Part shown: positions 54,340-64,000 of the stretch, piece by piece
Numbering within the stretch: the first letter of the stretch is position 1
Layout: each line of letters starts with the position of its first letter
Virus record (IMG/VR): IMGVR_UViG_3300010167_000013
DNA from: a virus
Lineage: Duplodnaviria; Caudoviricetes
Direction: 5' to 3' (one strand)
Length of the DNA stretch: 64,000 bases
Translations under genes and position numbers: made by a program
Notes under the pieces: model-generated
What the model was told of the DNA's origin: nothing
Database searches by the model: none
The model's input: only the letters and a program-made list of their open reading frames with translations

Positions 54340-57293
54340 AAAAAACTTTCTAGTTCCCAAGGAGCTGATTCAGTTAGCTCGTTTTCTACCTTATTCAGTA
54401 CTTGAACAGCAGATCTGTAGGCACTACTCATTGTTCTTACAATTATATCAAGTAGTCCTGAAATAGCTTTACCAGCGAGGACTAATGTGTTGAGATTTCT
54501 TTCACCGGAGAATCTGTCTCTGAGAATTTTACTCCTCATCATACTAACTAGCATCCTCAATTCCGTGATACTAGTTTGTGAGGAGAACCCAATATCTCTG
54601 CTCAATATAAGCTTCACTCCAAAGGCCTCTAATAGATGTCCTTCGGAAAATGTTGCTGACATTTTATCTACATCGTCCTTGCCATGCATTCGTTCTAGTT
54701 CACCAAATCCACCAGAAGAAGATATACGGAATGCTGGACTAGCGTATGTCTGTGCTGCTCCGAACCATATTGCAATCTTTCTTCCAGGACCTGTATTGGA
54801 TAAACTTTGATAGTAGCTACCATCGTGTTCAGGAATTCTGGAAGTGTTCAAGTACTCAGCAATATCCCTGATGGCAACATCTACCCCCTTCGTGTTAGGG
54901 GCTTCTAATTTCATAATAATCAACTTATCGTTATTTATTTTAAGTCTTTCCTTGATCTTTTCAGATGCATTGAACTTTTTCTCAAGTTCATTAAATGCCG
55001 CAATTGTTTTTGGGAATACCTTATCCAGAATATTTAGAATAAAATCCCATATTCTTCTCAAGACCTCTTTGGCTTTATCCAAAAACGATGGACTAGACTC
55101 GATGGATTTTCTATTCAATCCAGGAAATGGTACCGCTAGAGAATCTTCTGTAAAAAGATCAACTGCGCTCAAATAGTCTTGATAGATGGACTCATACAGA
55201 CCAAATGGCTCTGATAGTGGAAGTTCCATGATGCTCTCTAGCTCGAATGAAACTGATTCGGTTTTAGCATCACTGAAGTTATCTAGGAGGAATTTTTTAG
55301 CGGGGAGTATCATCACTAGATCGACAGCACAGTATTCACAAGATTTAGCTTCTTTCGATAGTGCTGCCCAAGCCTTCTCATATTCTTCTTCTGGCTTATC
55401 TTTGTACTCTTCCATCTGTAACTCTGGATGAGATGATATGACTCCTGCATCATGCAAGTATGTCCAAGCCCCACCACTATCATCACCTGGAAGATCCAAT
55501 TCGGTAACAGAGAATTTTATATCAGAAGATAATCTATTGAGTTTGTCAACATATGCTTTCACAGATGTTTTCTTGATGACTCCGGTAACAACGTCATTGG
55601 CAGCAAATGCTAGATTGTCTTCTGAAAAGGTAACCTTACTAGCATCCTTCTTGTTTGACAATGATCCCCAACAAGCATCTATCTTGTTGATCTTGGACTT
55701 AGTTTTCTCAGGTTTGTAGAAACCGCCCAAGATGGTACGTTTATTTTTATCACAGAGATCTTGGAATTCTTTATTTGCAGCTGAAATATATTTCTGATGA
55801 TTATTCCCAGCACCTTTACCAAGTATAGATGAAATAGTTTTCCCGATAGCCTTGTTATCTTTGCTTTTCGAGATACCTAATGCTGTGACACTAATTCCCC
55901 CGAGTATGATTGGGAATAGAACAATACCCAAGATTGCTCCTAATACTACAGAACCCTCACTAAACTCCTCATCACATTCCTGGTTGATGTCGTCACTATT
56001 GATTCTCTTCCCAATAGAATGATCATCAACTGATTTGGAATTATCAACGCTCTTCTTGTTGGTATTGTGAGAGTTAGTAACGTTGTTGGAATTGGTGTAT
56101 GTGTAGTAATAATAGTTATTGATTGCTTGCTGCTTTTCTTCAGGAGTTGTAGCACTCTTGATGTCGTCCTTCAATTCTTCTACTGTAGTATCAGTAGCGA
56201 CAGTAGATGGACGTTTGAAATCGTCCAAGCTTGGTTCTGGTTCATCATCAGAGGTTGATTTGCTTTTCCCATCATCTTCACCGTAACCAAGACTGTGATT
56301 CTTTTTGATGTAACCTGGCATCTGGCCAGAAGTTTTATTCGTGGTAGTATTCCGTGCAGCCCATTGTTCCTTCAGCATAGGACTGACGGGTTTCTGTGAT
56401 GGTAACATCGGAAGTACATTGTCAGTAGTATCTTCTACCAGACCTTCGAATTCTTCGTAGAGGGAATATATTTGTTTTTGTACATCCATGATCTCATCTG
56501 TATTCTCAAGACATGTCATCATGTACTCCTTGAATGAAATGAGGTTTTCCATGGACACAACTTCTTCTGGAGAATACTCAATCATGATGTCATTATTTCC
56601 AGTTAATACCGATTCCCTGAAGAGTAGATGTTTCCTGGATTTTATTACATCATATATTCCATCCAACGATTTCTCTGATATGGCTTGATGATCTTCCTTG
56701 TACTCAATATCTTTCATGCACTCAAGTATCCATTGATACGTGATAGCATCCAGTTTACTATTTTCAAATATAGTCAATAGTTGGTCAACGGTATCGTTCT
56801 TGACAGATTCTATGATTGCATCTGGAATGACAACATTTCCAAATCGACGATACTGTTTGTCAAGAGTTTTTATCAGGGGAACATCTCTCTCATAGTAATG
56901 GTTCACATATCCTAGCTCTAGATTGTCCTCGAATGCTTCAAACATGATGAAGTTATATTTGTATTTATTCTTGAATGACTCCATTCGCCTGGTAGCTTCC
57001 AGGTATGGAGTGTTATCCTTTGCCTGTTGCCCACATTTCTTGATGGCTGATTCGAGATACTTCATCACCACACCATAGCTTGCTAGTGATAAACCATACT
57101 TCTCAATGAACGTATCCAGTGTGTTCAAAGTGCTAGTAGATGAAATTATATATTCTAAGTTTAGCAGATACTCGTTTGGTTTATTCATGAGAAGGTCATC
57201 GACAGCTTCCAGATACTTTTCTATATCCACCGGTCTACCACTGGATCTAGCCGCATGATACAACGTCTTGATATCTTCCATAATGTATCTCAA
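54312..57293 (-). CDS. Large putative head/inner-body protein
   Basis: 993 aa with multiple xxE-S motifs, upstream of the capsid gene. Confidence 0.6.
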   Translation of the reverse strand: MRYIMEDIKTLYHAARSSGRPVDIEKYLEAVDDLLMNKPNEYLLNLEYIISSTSTLNTLDTFIEKYGLSLASYGVVMKYLESAIKKCGQQAKDNTPYLEATRRMESFKNKYKYNFIMFEAFEDNLELGYVNHYYERDVPLIKTLDKQYRRFGNVVIPDAIIESVKNDTVDQLLTIFENSKLDAITYQWILECMKDIEYKEDHQAISEKSLDGIYDVIKSRKHLLFRESVLTGNNDIMIEYSPEEVVSMENLISFKEYMMTCLENTDEIMDVQKQIYSLYEEFEGLVEDTTDNVLPMLPSQKPVSPMLKEQWAARNTTTNKTSGQMPGYIKKNHSLGYGEDDGKSKSTSDDEPEPSLDDFKRPSTVATDTTVEELKDDIKSATTPEEKQQAINNYYYYTYTNSNNVTNSHNTNKKSVDNSKSVDDHSIGKRINSDDINQECDEEFSEGSVVLGAILGIVLFPIILGGISVTALGISKSKDNKAIGKTISSILGKGAGNNHQKYISAANKEFQDLCDKNKRTILGGFYKPEKTKSKINKIDACWGSLSNKKDASKVTFSEDNLAFAANDVVTGVIKKTSVKAYVDKLNRLSSDIKFSVTELDLPGDDSGGAWTYLHDAGVISSHPELQMEEYKDKPEEEYEKAWAALSKEAKSCEYCAVDLVMILPAKKFLLDNFSDAKTESVSFELESIMELPLSEPFGLYESIYQDYLSAVDLFTEDSLAVPFPGLNRKSIESSPSFLDKAKEVLRRIWDFILNILDKVFPKTIAAFNELEKKFNASEKIKERLKINNDKLIIMKLEAPNTKGVDVAIRDIAEYLNTSRIPEHDGSYYQSLSNTGPGRKIAIWFGAAQTYASPAFRISSSGGFGELERMHGKDDVDKMSATFSEGHLLEAFGVKLILSRDIGFSSQTSITELRMLVSMMRSKILRDRFSGERNLNTLVLAGKAISGLLDIIVRTMSSAYRSAVQVLNKVENELTESAPWELESFFQLSTFQKG

Positions 57294-57353
57294 CCTCTTT
57301 TCTAATCGTGATATTGTTATAAATTTATAAATTGGTGCGGGAGGACTCTGTCT

Positions 57354-60191
57354 ATGCCTAAGGAATCAAAACAAAAGTCAAAGGAATTACCAAAAGCAAA
57401 CGATATCAAGATAAATAAAATCAATGTCTTCTTCAAACCACCCATACTGAAATCGGTTATGAAGATATTGACAATGGAACACAGTGGGTTCCGAACACTC
57501 AAATCAGTTAAAAATATAAATCGTCTATTCAACTCCCTAGATATGAGTAAATATAACACTGAGGAACTCATATCATATGTCTGGTGCATCAAGTATATGT
57601 CAAAGCAATGGTTGGATGGCATCACAAGTATAGATCTAATATGGGAGGGAGCTAAGCGTAGTACTGAGTATGATATCATCAAGGATGATATTATATCCAA
57701 GTCTATCGGGGATCCAAATATTATATCAGCTCCAGAAGCCAAAGCTGTATTTAATTTGATTGGTGAAGCTCTCCAGTTTGGATTTCTGGTAGCAATAAAA
57801 GATAAGTATGAAGATCTATTGATGCAGATCGATCTGGATAACCCTGGAGCATTCAGAGAACTTGCAGATAGGCTATTTACCATATCTCAATCTCTACTGG
57901 ATATCAAACATAACACGAATCTAGTAACAAACAAGGTTACATTCAACACAGGTGATATGGATTCAGTGAAGGAATCAATATCTCAAACGATTACATCATT
58001 GAGTGCATCAAATAATATATTCAAGGTTGGAATCAAAAGGTTGAATACGTTACTGTCTCCTGGGTACATGAATGGTGCTATCTATGTGTATCTGGGGTTG
58101 CCTGGTTCAGGAAAAGCGCAACCCGATGATACTCCAATTCCGACACCTAATGGATTTAAGCGTCTTGATGAATTAAATATAGGAGATTATATATTTAATT
58201 TGGATGGGGAACCAACTTTGATCACTGGAATATTTCCCCAAGGTATACAAGACACTTATAAGGTTACATTTACAGATGGAAGATCCACTAGATGTAATAT
58301 TGAACATCTTTGGTATACTCTTGCAAGAAACGGAAGCACTGGATACTATAGTCCTGTAATAAGAAAGCTTTCTGAGATGATGGATGATTTTGAAAGGGAT
58401 CATCCAAGTGATCCTGGAAAGAAACATCATAAATATATAATACCGAATAATGGTGTAGTAAGGTTCTCTGAACAAGAAGTGAGAGTGCATCCATGGGCAA
58501 TAGGATATATTATAGGAAATGGATGTTGTAAACAACGAGAATTTCAGGTATCATCACCCGATAATTTAGCCCCAAAGAAAATTGCCAGGATACTTAATAA
58601 AAAATGGGAGAGTTCTCATGATACAAACTATTCATATATCTTTAGAAATCAGAATCGTAGTAGATTCCATACCAAAGATTTGATAGGAGATATTCCGGAG
58701 ATATTTGATAAATATTCATATGAGAGGCGAATTCCTCCTTCGTATTTATATAATACCGAAAGTGTGAGAAAAGAATTGTTGAGGGGGTTGATGGATAGTG
58801 ATGGATGTATAACTGTTAATAGAGAAAGAGATATTCCAAAATTTAATGTATCATATTCTACTAGTTCAAAAGGACTAGCTGAAGATATAATGTTGCTTCT
58901 TAGATCTTTGGGTATAGCATGTTCTATATATGAGTATGATCCATTAAATAGAACAAATCCTAATAGTAATAGAATTGAATATAGTATCACATTGAATACA
59001 TCAAATTTGAAAATTTCTACATTATTCACTTTAGGTAAAAAATATGAATTAGCCATGGAGGCTTTTTCATATCGTAACATAAGGCGATATGAATTTAATA
59101 GAATATGTAATATTGAAAAAGTTGAACCTACGAGTCAAAGATGTATTATGGTGAAAGATTGGAGACATGTATATCTCACTGAAGATTTTATTCCAACTCA
59201 TAATAGTTTGATGCTCCTGAAGTCTGCGCTAGATATAAGAAAGTATAATCCCAACTTTCAGCCGAAGACTCCAGGAATGAAACCAGCTGTGTTATACATT
59301 ACAATGGAGAACACTTTCACAGAAACCATTGAAAGAATATGGAACATGTCATTCGATGATAGTATCACGAATTACACAGAAGAGCAAGCCATTGAAAAAA
59401 TATCCAAGGAGCTAGGAATTGATTATATCTATCGAGATGATATTCAAGTCACTGACATGGACACTGGGAAAAGTGAAATAGCTGAACTATTGGCAAATAA
59501 GGATGATATACAAAACATAGAAGTTGTCGTGAAATATTTTACATACAGAGAAATCAATACAGATGATCTATTTGTAATTATTCAAGATCTCAGGGATGAA
59601 AATCTAGAAGTATGTGCGCTGGTAGTTGATTATATTAAGAGGATAAGACCTGCCGATGGGGTTCCTTCTGACAACGAAAAACTTGAATTGAATAGGGCAA
59701 TAAATGAACTGAAGGCACTGGCTGGAATACTAGATATTCCTGTCATCACTGCTCATCAGATGAATAGAGTTGCTGCAGCTACTGTTGATGGAGCAGCTAG
59801 AGATGGAAAGGGAGATGTAACTAAATTAGTTGGTAGAGAGCACGTTGGATCTGCCTTCGAGATCATAGAAAGCGCTGACTGGGCTGCTGTCTTGAACATC
59901 GAATACAAACCTGGCTCTATGGATGATAGATATCTGGTCATCAATGTAGTGAAGAGAAGAAGGATAGAAGCTGGAGAATCAGACTTCGCCAAATATACAT
60001 ACATTGCTCATCCATTTGCCAAGAATAATGGATTTCGATTATTGGATGACTTTGGCTTGGACAAGATATTATCAGTGCAAAGTTTGGTGACTGATATCAA
60101 TGAAGTTGGAAAGGAAAAGACAAATGCTACCGAGAGGCTAAAGATAATGAGCCCATCGGAGTTTGTTGAACTTGATGATGACTTTGATTAA
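57354..60191 (+). CDS. dnaB: DnaB-like replicative helicase (intein-containing; ~582-aa extein)
   Basis: GLPGSGK|S Walker A, YITMEN, VVDYI and PVITAHQMNR motifs. Confidence 0.9.
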   Translation: MPKESKQKSKELPKANDIKINKINVFFKPPILKSVMKILTMEHSGFRTLKSVKNINRLFNSLDMSKYNTEELISYVWCIKYMSKQWLDGITSIDLIWEGAKRSTEYDIIKDDIISKSIGDPNIISAPEAKAVFNLIGEALQFGFLVAIKDKYEDLLMQIDLDNPGAFRELADRLFTISQSLLDIKHNTNLVTNKVTFNTGDMDSVKESISQTITSLSASNNIFKVGIKRLNTLLSPGYMNGAIYVYLGLPGSGKAQPDDTPIPTPNGFKRLDELNIGDYIFNLDGEPTLITGIFPQGIQDTYKVTFTDGRSTRCNIEHLWYTLARNGSTGYYSPVIRKLSEMMDDFERDHPSDPGKKHHKYIIPNNGVVRFSEQEVRVHPWAIGYIIGNGCCKQREFQVSSPDNLAPKKIARILNKKWESSHDTNYSYIFRNQNRSRFHTKDLIGDIPEIFDKYSYERRIPPSYLYNTESVRKELLRGLMDSDGCITVNRERDIPKFNVSYSTSSKGLAEDIMLLLRSLGIACSIYEYDPLNRTNPNSNRIEYSITLNTSNLKISTLFTLGKKYELAMEAFSYRNIRRYEFNRICNIEKVEPTSQRCIMVKDWRHVYLTEDFIPTHNSLMLLKSALDIRKYNPNFQPKTPGMKPAVLYITMENTFTETIERIWNMSFDDSITNYTEEQAIEKISKELGIDYIYRDDIQVTDMDTGKSEIAELLANKDDIQNIEVVVKYFTYREINTDDLFVIIQDLRDENLEVCALVVDYIKRIRPADGVPSDNEKLELNRAINELKALAGILDIPVITAHQMNRVAAATVDGAARDGKGDVTKLVGREHVGSAFEIIESADWAAVLNIEYKPGSMDDRYLVINVVKRRRIEAGESDFAKYTYIAHPFAKNNGFRLLDDFGLDKILSVQSLVTDINEVGKEKTNATERLKIMSPSEFVELDDDFD
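58116..59204 (+). mobile_element. Class 3 intein (363 aa) with LAGLIDADG endonuclease
   Basis: Starts Ala (AQPDDT); block B CNIEHLW; block F QRCIMV; block G IPTHN|S; LAGLIDADG motifs IGYIIGNG and LRGLMDSDG. Confidence 0.9.
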
Positions 60192-60222
60192 AATAAGCCC
60201 CACATTTAGTGGGGCTTATTTT
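60190..60222. terminator. Bidirectional terminator
   Basis: AAAATAAGCCCCAC-ATTTA-GTGGGGCTTATTTT. Confidence 0.8.
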
Positions 60223-60503
60223 TACACATATTTTTCTAGGATATCATCCAGCTCATCAGGATATGAATCGAAACCATCCATCTCAATAGTTTCACTCAAG
60301 AACTCTTCTTCATCGCATTCTTTTCGAACTATGTTTATCATGGTAGCTTCCATCATACCAGCTAACTCAACCATCTTCATCAAAGTTTCTTCAATTTCAT
60401 CATCAATGTTTCCATCTTCTCTGATTTCATTTACATCAGACATGAATGAGTCTAGTTTCATGATAGATTGTTTGAGTAATCCCAATGGAAGTTTGTGTTC
60501 CAT
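60222..60503 (-). CDS. Small acidic hypothetical protein
   Basis: 93-aa ORF with GGAGGAGG RBS. Confidence 0.6.
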   Translation of the reverse strand: MEHKLPLGLLKQSIMKLDSFMSDVNEIREDGNIDDEIEETLMKMVELAGMMEATMINIVRKECDEEEFLSETIEMDGFDSYPDELDDILEKYV

Positions 60504-61348
60504 TATTCTTCCTCCTCCTCTGTTTCGAATTCCATATTGATATTTTTAGCTTTCACATACGTGTACTGGTTATTTGACAATGGAACGTTTGGTAAAACCC
60601 AAGGTGAATATTTGTAGCAGTCCATTCTTCCAAAAACCAAACAGCTGCCACCATTATTTTTAGTGAATGTAAACTTATAACAGATAAATTGTCCAATATC
60701 TCCATTACATATAAATGTTTTTGGACTCCATACGGTATTCGGAAATGTTATTTCGACTCTAGAATCAACAACTATCCAATTTGCTTTATCGTTAGATCCT
60801 TCAACGATCCATGTATTTGGAGAGCATATAGCCATGGTGTTATCATGAGATGACCCTCTAGTACTGATAGAATATTCTTCTAATAGTTGTGGCTGATTCA
60901 ACATCACTGACAACGCCTCATTTCCTATTCCACCTGAGTAAGAATTGTTGGCTGTTGCCCATCCATCTCCTGTCTGCACCCTTCTAAATAGAAGCCAAGG
61001 TTCAAAAGTGGAATTATACACAGAAGATCTTTCTATTACATAAGGAGATGGAGAAGTATTCGATGTCATTACTGGAACGATATATGTCAATGGTCTTGTG
61101 ACGCCTAGGACCCCTATTAACTCAGGATACTCTTCTATGTCAATCTCTCGTCCATCCATCCGTAACCATATTCCTTGATTGGTATATACTACAGGATCAT
61201 TCCATCCCATCACTTGTTGCCATCCTATTGGGTAGGCTAATGTATCTGCAACAAATACTACTTTAGCAGGTTTCTTTCTATCTATTTCGGTCTTTACTCC
61301 GTTCAACAATCTTTTTATTCCAGATGAATCAACTAGCTTTTGTTGCAA
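60503..61348 (-). CDS. Tail collar plus discoidin (F5/8C-like) receptor-binding protein
   Basis: WLRMDG...EEYPEL collar motif; PVMTSN...SP..WIVEGSND..NW..VDSR discoidin-like domain. Confidence 0.75.
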   Translation of the reverse strand: MQQKLVDSSGIKRLLNGVKTEIDRKKPAKVVFVADTLAYPIGWQQVMGWNDPVVYTNQGIWLRMDGREIDIEEYPELIGVLGVTRPLTYIVPVMTSNTSPSPYVIERSSVYNSTFEPWLLFRRVQTGDGWATANNSYSGGIGNEALSVMLNQPQLLEEYSISTRGSSHDNTMAICSPNTWIVEGSNDKANWIVVDSRVEITFPNTVWSPKTFICNGDIGQFICYKFTFTKNNGGSCLVFGRMDCYKYSPWVLPNVPLSNNQYTYVKAKNINMEFETEEEEE

Positions 61349-61378
61349 CTGTCATCCCTCCTCTACAAGATCTTGGAA

Positions 61379-63019
61379 CTATTCCACTTCATATTTGAAT
61401 CCCTTGTGGTTAGCCTTGACGTATGTATACTTCCCGTTCACAAGTGGTACGTTCTCCAATGATGGTTCTGATTTTACATATATAAGTTTTAGATCCCCAA
61501 TACAAACACAGTTACTATCGCCGATAGCTTCAGTTTTTGTGATGTTCAATTTGTAGAATTTGTACATTTTCCTCTCGGGTAACATGTACTGCTTGGATGC
61601 ATATGCAGTTAGTGGGAATGACTGACCTGTTTGACTATCAATAACATCCCACGTATTTCCGTCTAAACTTCCTTCTAATGTCCATTGAGATGGATTGAAT
61701 GAATACTTGACATTAGTATTTACACCTCTACGGTGAATGATGTATTTGTCAATGCTTTTCTTCTCCGGAAGTTCAATCACCAACCAAACATCTTTATTGG
61801 CTACATAGTTTGTGAAACAGCTATTTGGTGTGCTCCAACAGTCATGTTCATCGTTGAGCCCGGCTACTTGATCGAATGCTTTCCATGGTTGGTAGGTTGG
61901 AGTATGTAACGGCATCCCAGGTGGCATTGATGCTTTATACCCATTCATCTCATTGCCGTTCATGGCTGGTGTGATGATAACGTCACCAGTAAAACAGTCC
62001 AATGTTGTACTACCAGCCAACTCGGGGTATTCTTCTATATCTATTTCTCTACCATCACATCTCAACCATTCACCATCATGTGCATATACTATTGGATCAT
62101 TACATGCTAATACTTTTAACCACCCTATTGGATAGTTTGGATACATACGATGATCTGTAGCCTTTATGTATGAATTTAGATCATCAACTGGTGGAATGTT
62201 TTTCAGAAAATAAATCGGCTTTCTAAATAAACCTAACTCCGAGATAGTTAGCTGTGTGGATGTTGATTTTATCTTGGTTATAGTTAACCTGTAGAACTTG
62301 AATGGTTTTGATTCTTCTGCCAGTGAGTATATAAAACGCTGCGCATGGGCTGTGAAGTTCTGATCTGTTTGAGAATCTATTACCTCAAAATTGGCACCAT
62401 CGAATGATCCCTCGATAATCCAGTCAACAGGTGAACCAAAGGAGCTACCAGTAAGAAGATTAGACCCAGCATTACGTCTACAACTGCTTATCCCGTAGGA
62501 ACTAATTGAATTTCCAACAGGCAGTTCCATTTGTATCCAGTCGTTTCCTACAGCTCCTGGATATGAGTTAACGGAGGATGCCCATTGATAGTATGGAGGT
62601 GTATTAGAAGTTGTTACACTTCTAACACGGGTGAACGCATACCATGCTCTAGTCATAGTATCAGCATACCTTGACTCAGATGCTGTAAATCCATTTGTAG
62701 TGACTCCAGTCATTATTGGGGTCACGAGTGCATCATCACTAGGCGCCTCAATATAGCTAATCGCTGTAGCACCTGCTAACTCAGGATACATTTCTATATC
62801 TATTTCTCTACCATCACATTTTAACCATACATTACCCCAATAATCAGTAACTATATCATCTATCCAAGCTGCTTTAGTAATAGCTCCTACAGGCAAATCA
62901 GGTATCACAGAAGTAACATGAGGATGTTTGAGATCAGCCTTCTTTGCATTGATAGCGCGGAGAGCTCGTGTCAATCCAAGGTTGTCTATGAGTTTTTGAA
63001 TCATGTTATCCAGTGTCAC
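61379..63019 (-). CDS. Tandem collar-discoidin receptor-binding protein
   Basis: Two units of WL.CDGREIDIE.YPELAG + P.M...P..W..EGS.DG....IDSQT...Y..Y.L.ITK. Confidence 0.75.
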   Translation of the reverse strand: MTLDNMIQKLIDNLGLTRALRAINAKKADLKHPHVTSVIPDLPVGAITKAAWIDDIVTDYWGNVWLKCDGREIDIEMYPELAGATAISYIEAPSDDALVTPIMTGVTTNGFTASESRYADTMTRAWYAFTRVRSVTTSNTPPYYQWASSVNSYPGAVGNDWIQMELPVGNSISSYGISSCRRNAGSNLLTGSSFGSPVDWIIEGSFDGANFEVIDSQTDQNFTAHAQRFIYSLAEESKPFKFYRLTITKIKSTSTQLTISELGLFRKPIYFLKNIPPVDDLNSYIKATDHRMYPNYPIGWLKVLACNDPIVYAHDGEWLRCDGREIDIEEYPELAGSTTLDCFTGDVIITPAMNGNEMNGYKASMPPGMPLHTPTYQPWKAFDQVAGLNDEHDCWSTPNSCFTNYVANKDVWLVIELPEKKSIDKYIIHRRGVNTNVKYSFNPSQWTLEGSLDGNTWDVIDSQTGQSFPLTAYASKQYMLPERKMYKFYKLNITKTEAIGDSNCVCIGDLKLIYVKSEPSLENVPLVNGKYTYVKANHKGFKYEVE

Positions 63020-63022
63020 CTC

Positions 63023-64000
63023 CTATAGATCTATCACTGTAAATTTTTTACTTTTCTTTCTCAATACATTTGTCCTGGTTTTAGCCCAAGATCTCAACTG
63101 AGGAATACCAGCGTCGACAATATCCCACATGTAAGTATCTTTTCCATCTGGCCTACGACGTAAACGTCCAGAAACTTGGTCTGCCAAAATCCAACTTTTG
63201 AATTGTTCACTTACTACCAGCTTTGACAGATCCTTTACATCAAACCCAGTACCACAACTCTTCACAGTGCTTATCATGATTCTACACTCAGCTTTGATTC
63301 TGTCATTCTCTGCCTTCACATTACGAGAATGGATTGTTCCAACTTCTACATCAGGATACATTTCCCTCACGTATTTAGCTAACACTTCTACAGAAGCTAT
63401 GGTGGGAGTCAGTACCAACATCTTTCCGTATGTAACTTCTTCATTGGCCATCTTGATTACTTTTAGAATCTTCCTAAGAAATTTTGTCATAGTACCATCT
63501 GAAGGAATAATTAATTCAGTGTAAGCCGGAATACTGATCCCATACCTCATCCATCTTCCAGCTCTTTCTGAGTACCTCATTGATGAGGTAACTTTTTTTA
63601 TTTGTTCTTCTGTCAATCCAGATTTCGTCCATACCATCTTCACGTTCATATGGGGTTTCATTCCATACACGTTACCTGGTTTTCTATTGAAGAGAGTTGG
63701 CTGTTTATCTTTCTCTCTGAAGATAGCGAGATCTCCAAACATTTGTTGATATAAATTATTTTCTTCATCAGCTGATCTACCGAATGTTCCTGTAAGGTAC
63801 CAATTGTGACATATGTTGGAAGACCCATCTACCTTTATAATATTATGAAACCACATTTGTACTTCATCAATTACCTTTATCCCAAATTTATTATTCTTCA
63901 TGATCTTCTCCAGATCATATGTTTTGTTCAATACCGCTAATGATGCCTGGGATACTACAGCAAAATCAGCCTTGACATTGATAAAGTCTTTTGGGGAATT
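63023..64000 (-). CDS. Superfamily 2 helicase (UvsW-like), 5'-truncated by window edge
   Basis: VIDEVQ, YLTGT, STVKSCGTGFD and QVSGRLRR motifs; frame is open to position 64000. Confidence 0.85.
   Translation of the reverse strand, partial: NSPKDFINVKADFAVVSQASLAVLNKTYDLEKIMKNNKFGIKVIDEVQMWFHNIIKVDGSSNICHNWYLTGTFGRSADEENNLYQQMFGDLAIFREKDKQPTLFNRKPGNVYGMKPHMNVKMVWTKSGLTEEQIKKVTSSMRYSERAGRWMRYGISIPAYTELIIPSDGTMTKFLRKILKVIKMANEEVTYGKMLVLTPTIASVEVLAKYVREMYPDVEVGTIHSRNVKAENDRIKAECRIMISTVKSCGTGFDVKDLSKLVVSEQFKSWILADQVSGRLRRRPDGKDTYMWDIVDAGIPQLRSWAKTRTNVLRKKSKKFTVIDL

Noticed and set aside
3168-63524. Numerous short antisense or alternate-frame ORFs in the track (e.g. 3168-3515, 37461-37940, 51805-52449)
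   Set aside because: Shadows of long genes with biased codon usage; no RBS or recognisable motifs.
1-64000. tRNA/rRNA genes, integrase, IS elements
   Set aside because: None recognised by eye; a tRNAscan or HMM run would be needed to exclude them fully.

Overview
This 64 kb AT-rich window is part of a jumbo myophage genome of the AR9/PBS1-phiKZ type, with its own split multisubunit RNA polymerases. Strong GGAGG ribosome-binding sites suggest a Firmicutes host. Virion genes include major capsid, terminase, tail sheath and tube, baseplate and many tail fibres or receptor-binding proteins. It also encodes an RNAP beta C-terminal subunit split by two group I introns, a probable virion RNAP beta' C-terminal piece, DnaB with a class 3 intein, an SF2 helicase, SbcD, RusA and a GroEL-like chaperonin. 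The most notable observations are five. (1) An unassigned, highly structured ~330-nt RNA with its own promoter and terminator, upstream of a DUF29/DUF29/RNase-like operon. (2) A Zn-ribbon + Vsr-like nuclease + amino-methyltransferase fusion next to an XRE regulator. (3) A canonical -1 frameshift signal joining two head-region ORFs. (4) A bipartite early-type promoter, CGTATAT-N11-AATTATATATT. (5) A frameshifted intron-encoded HNH. All calls come from motif reading by eye; no searches were run.
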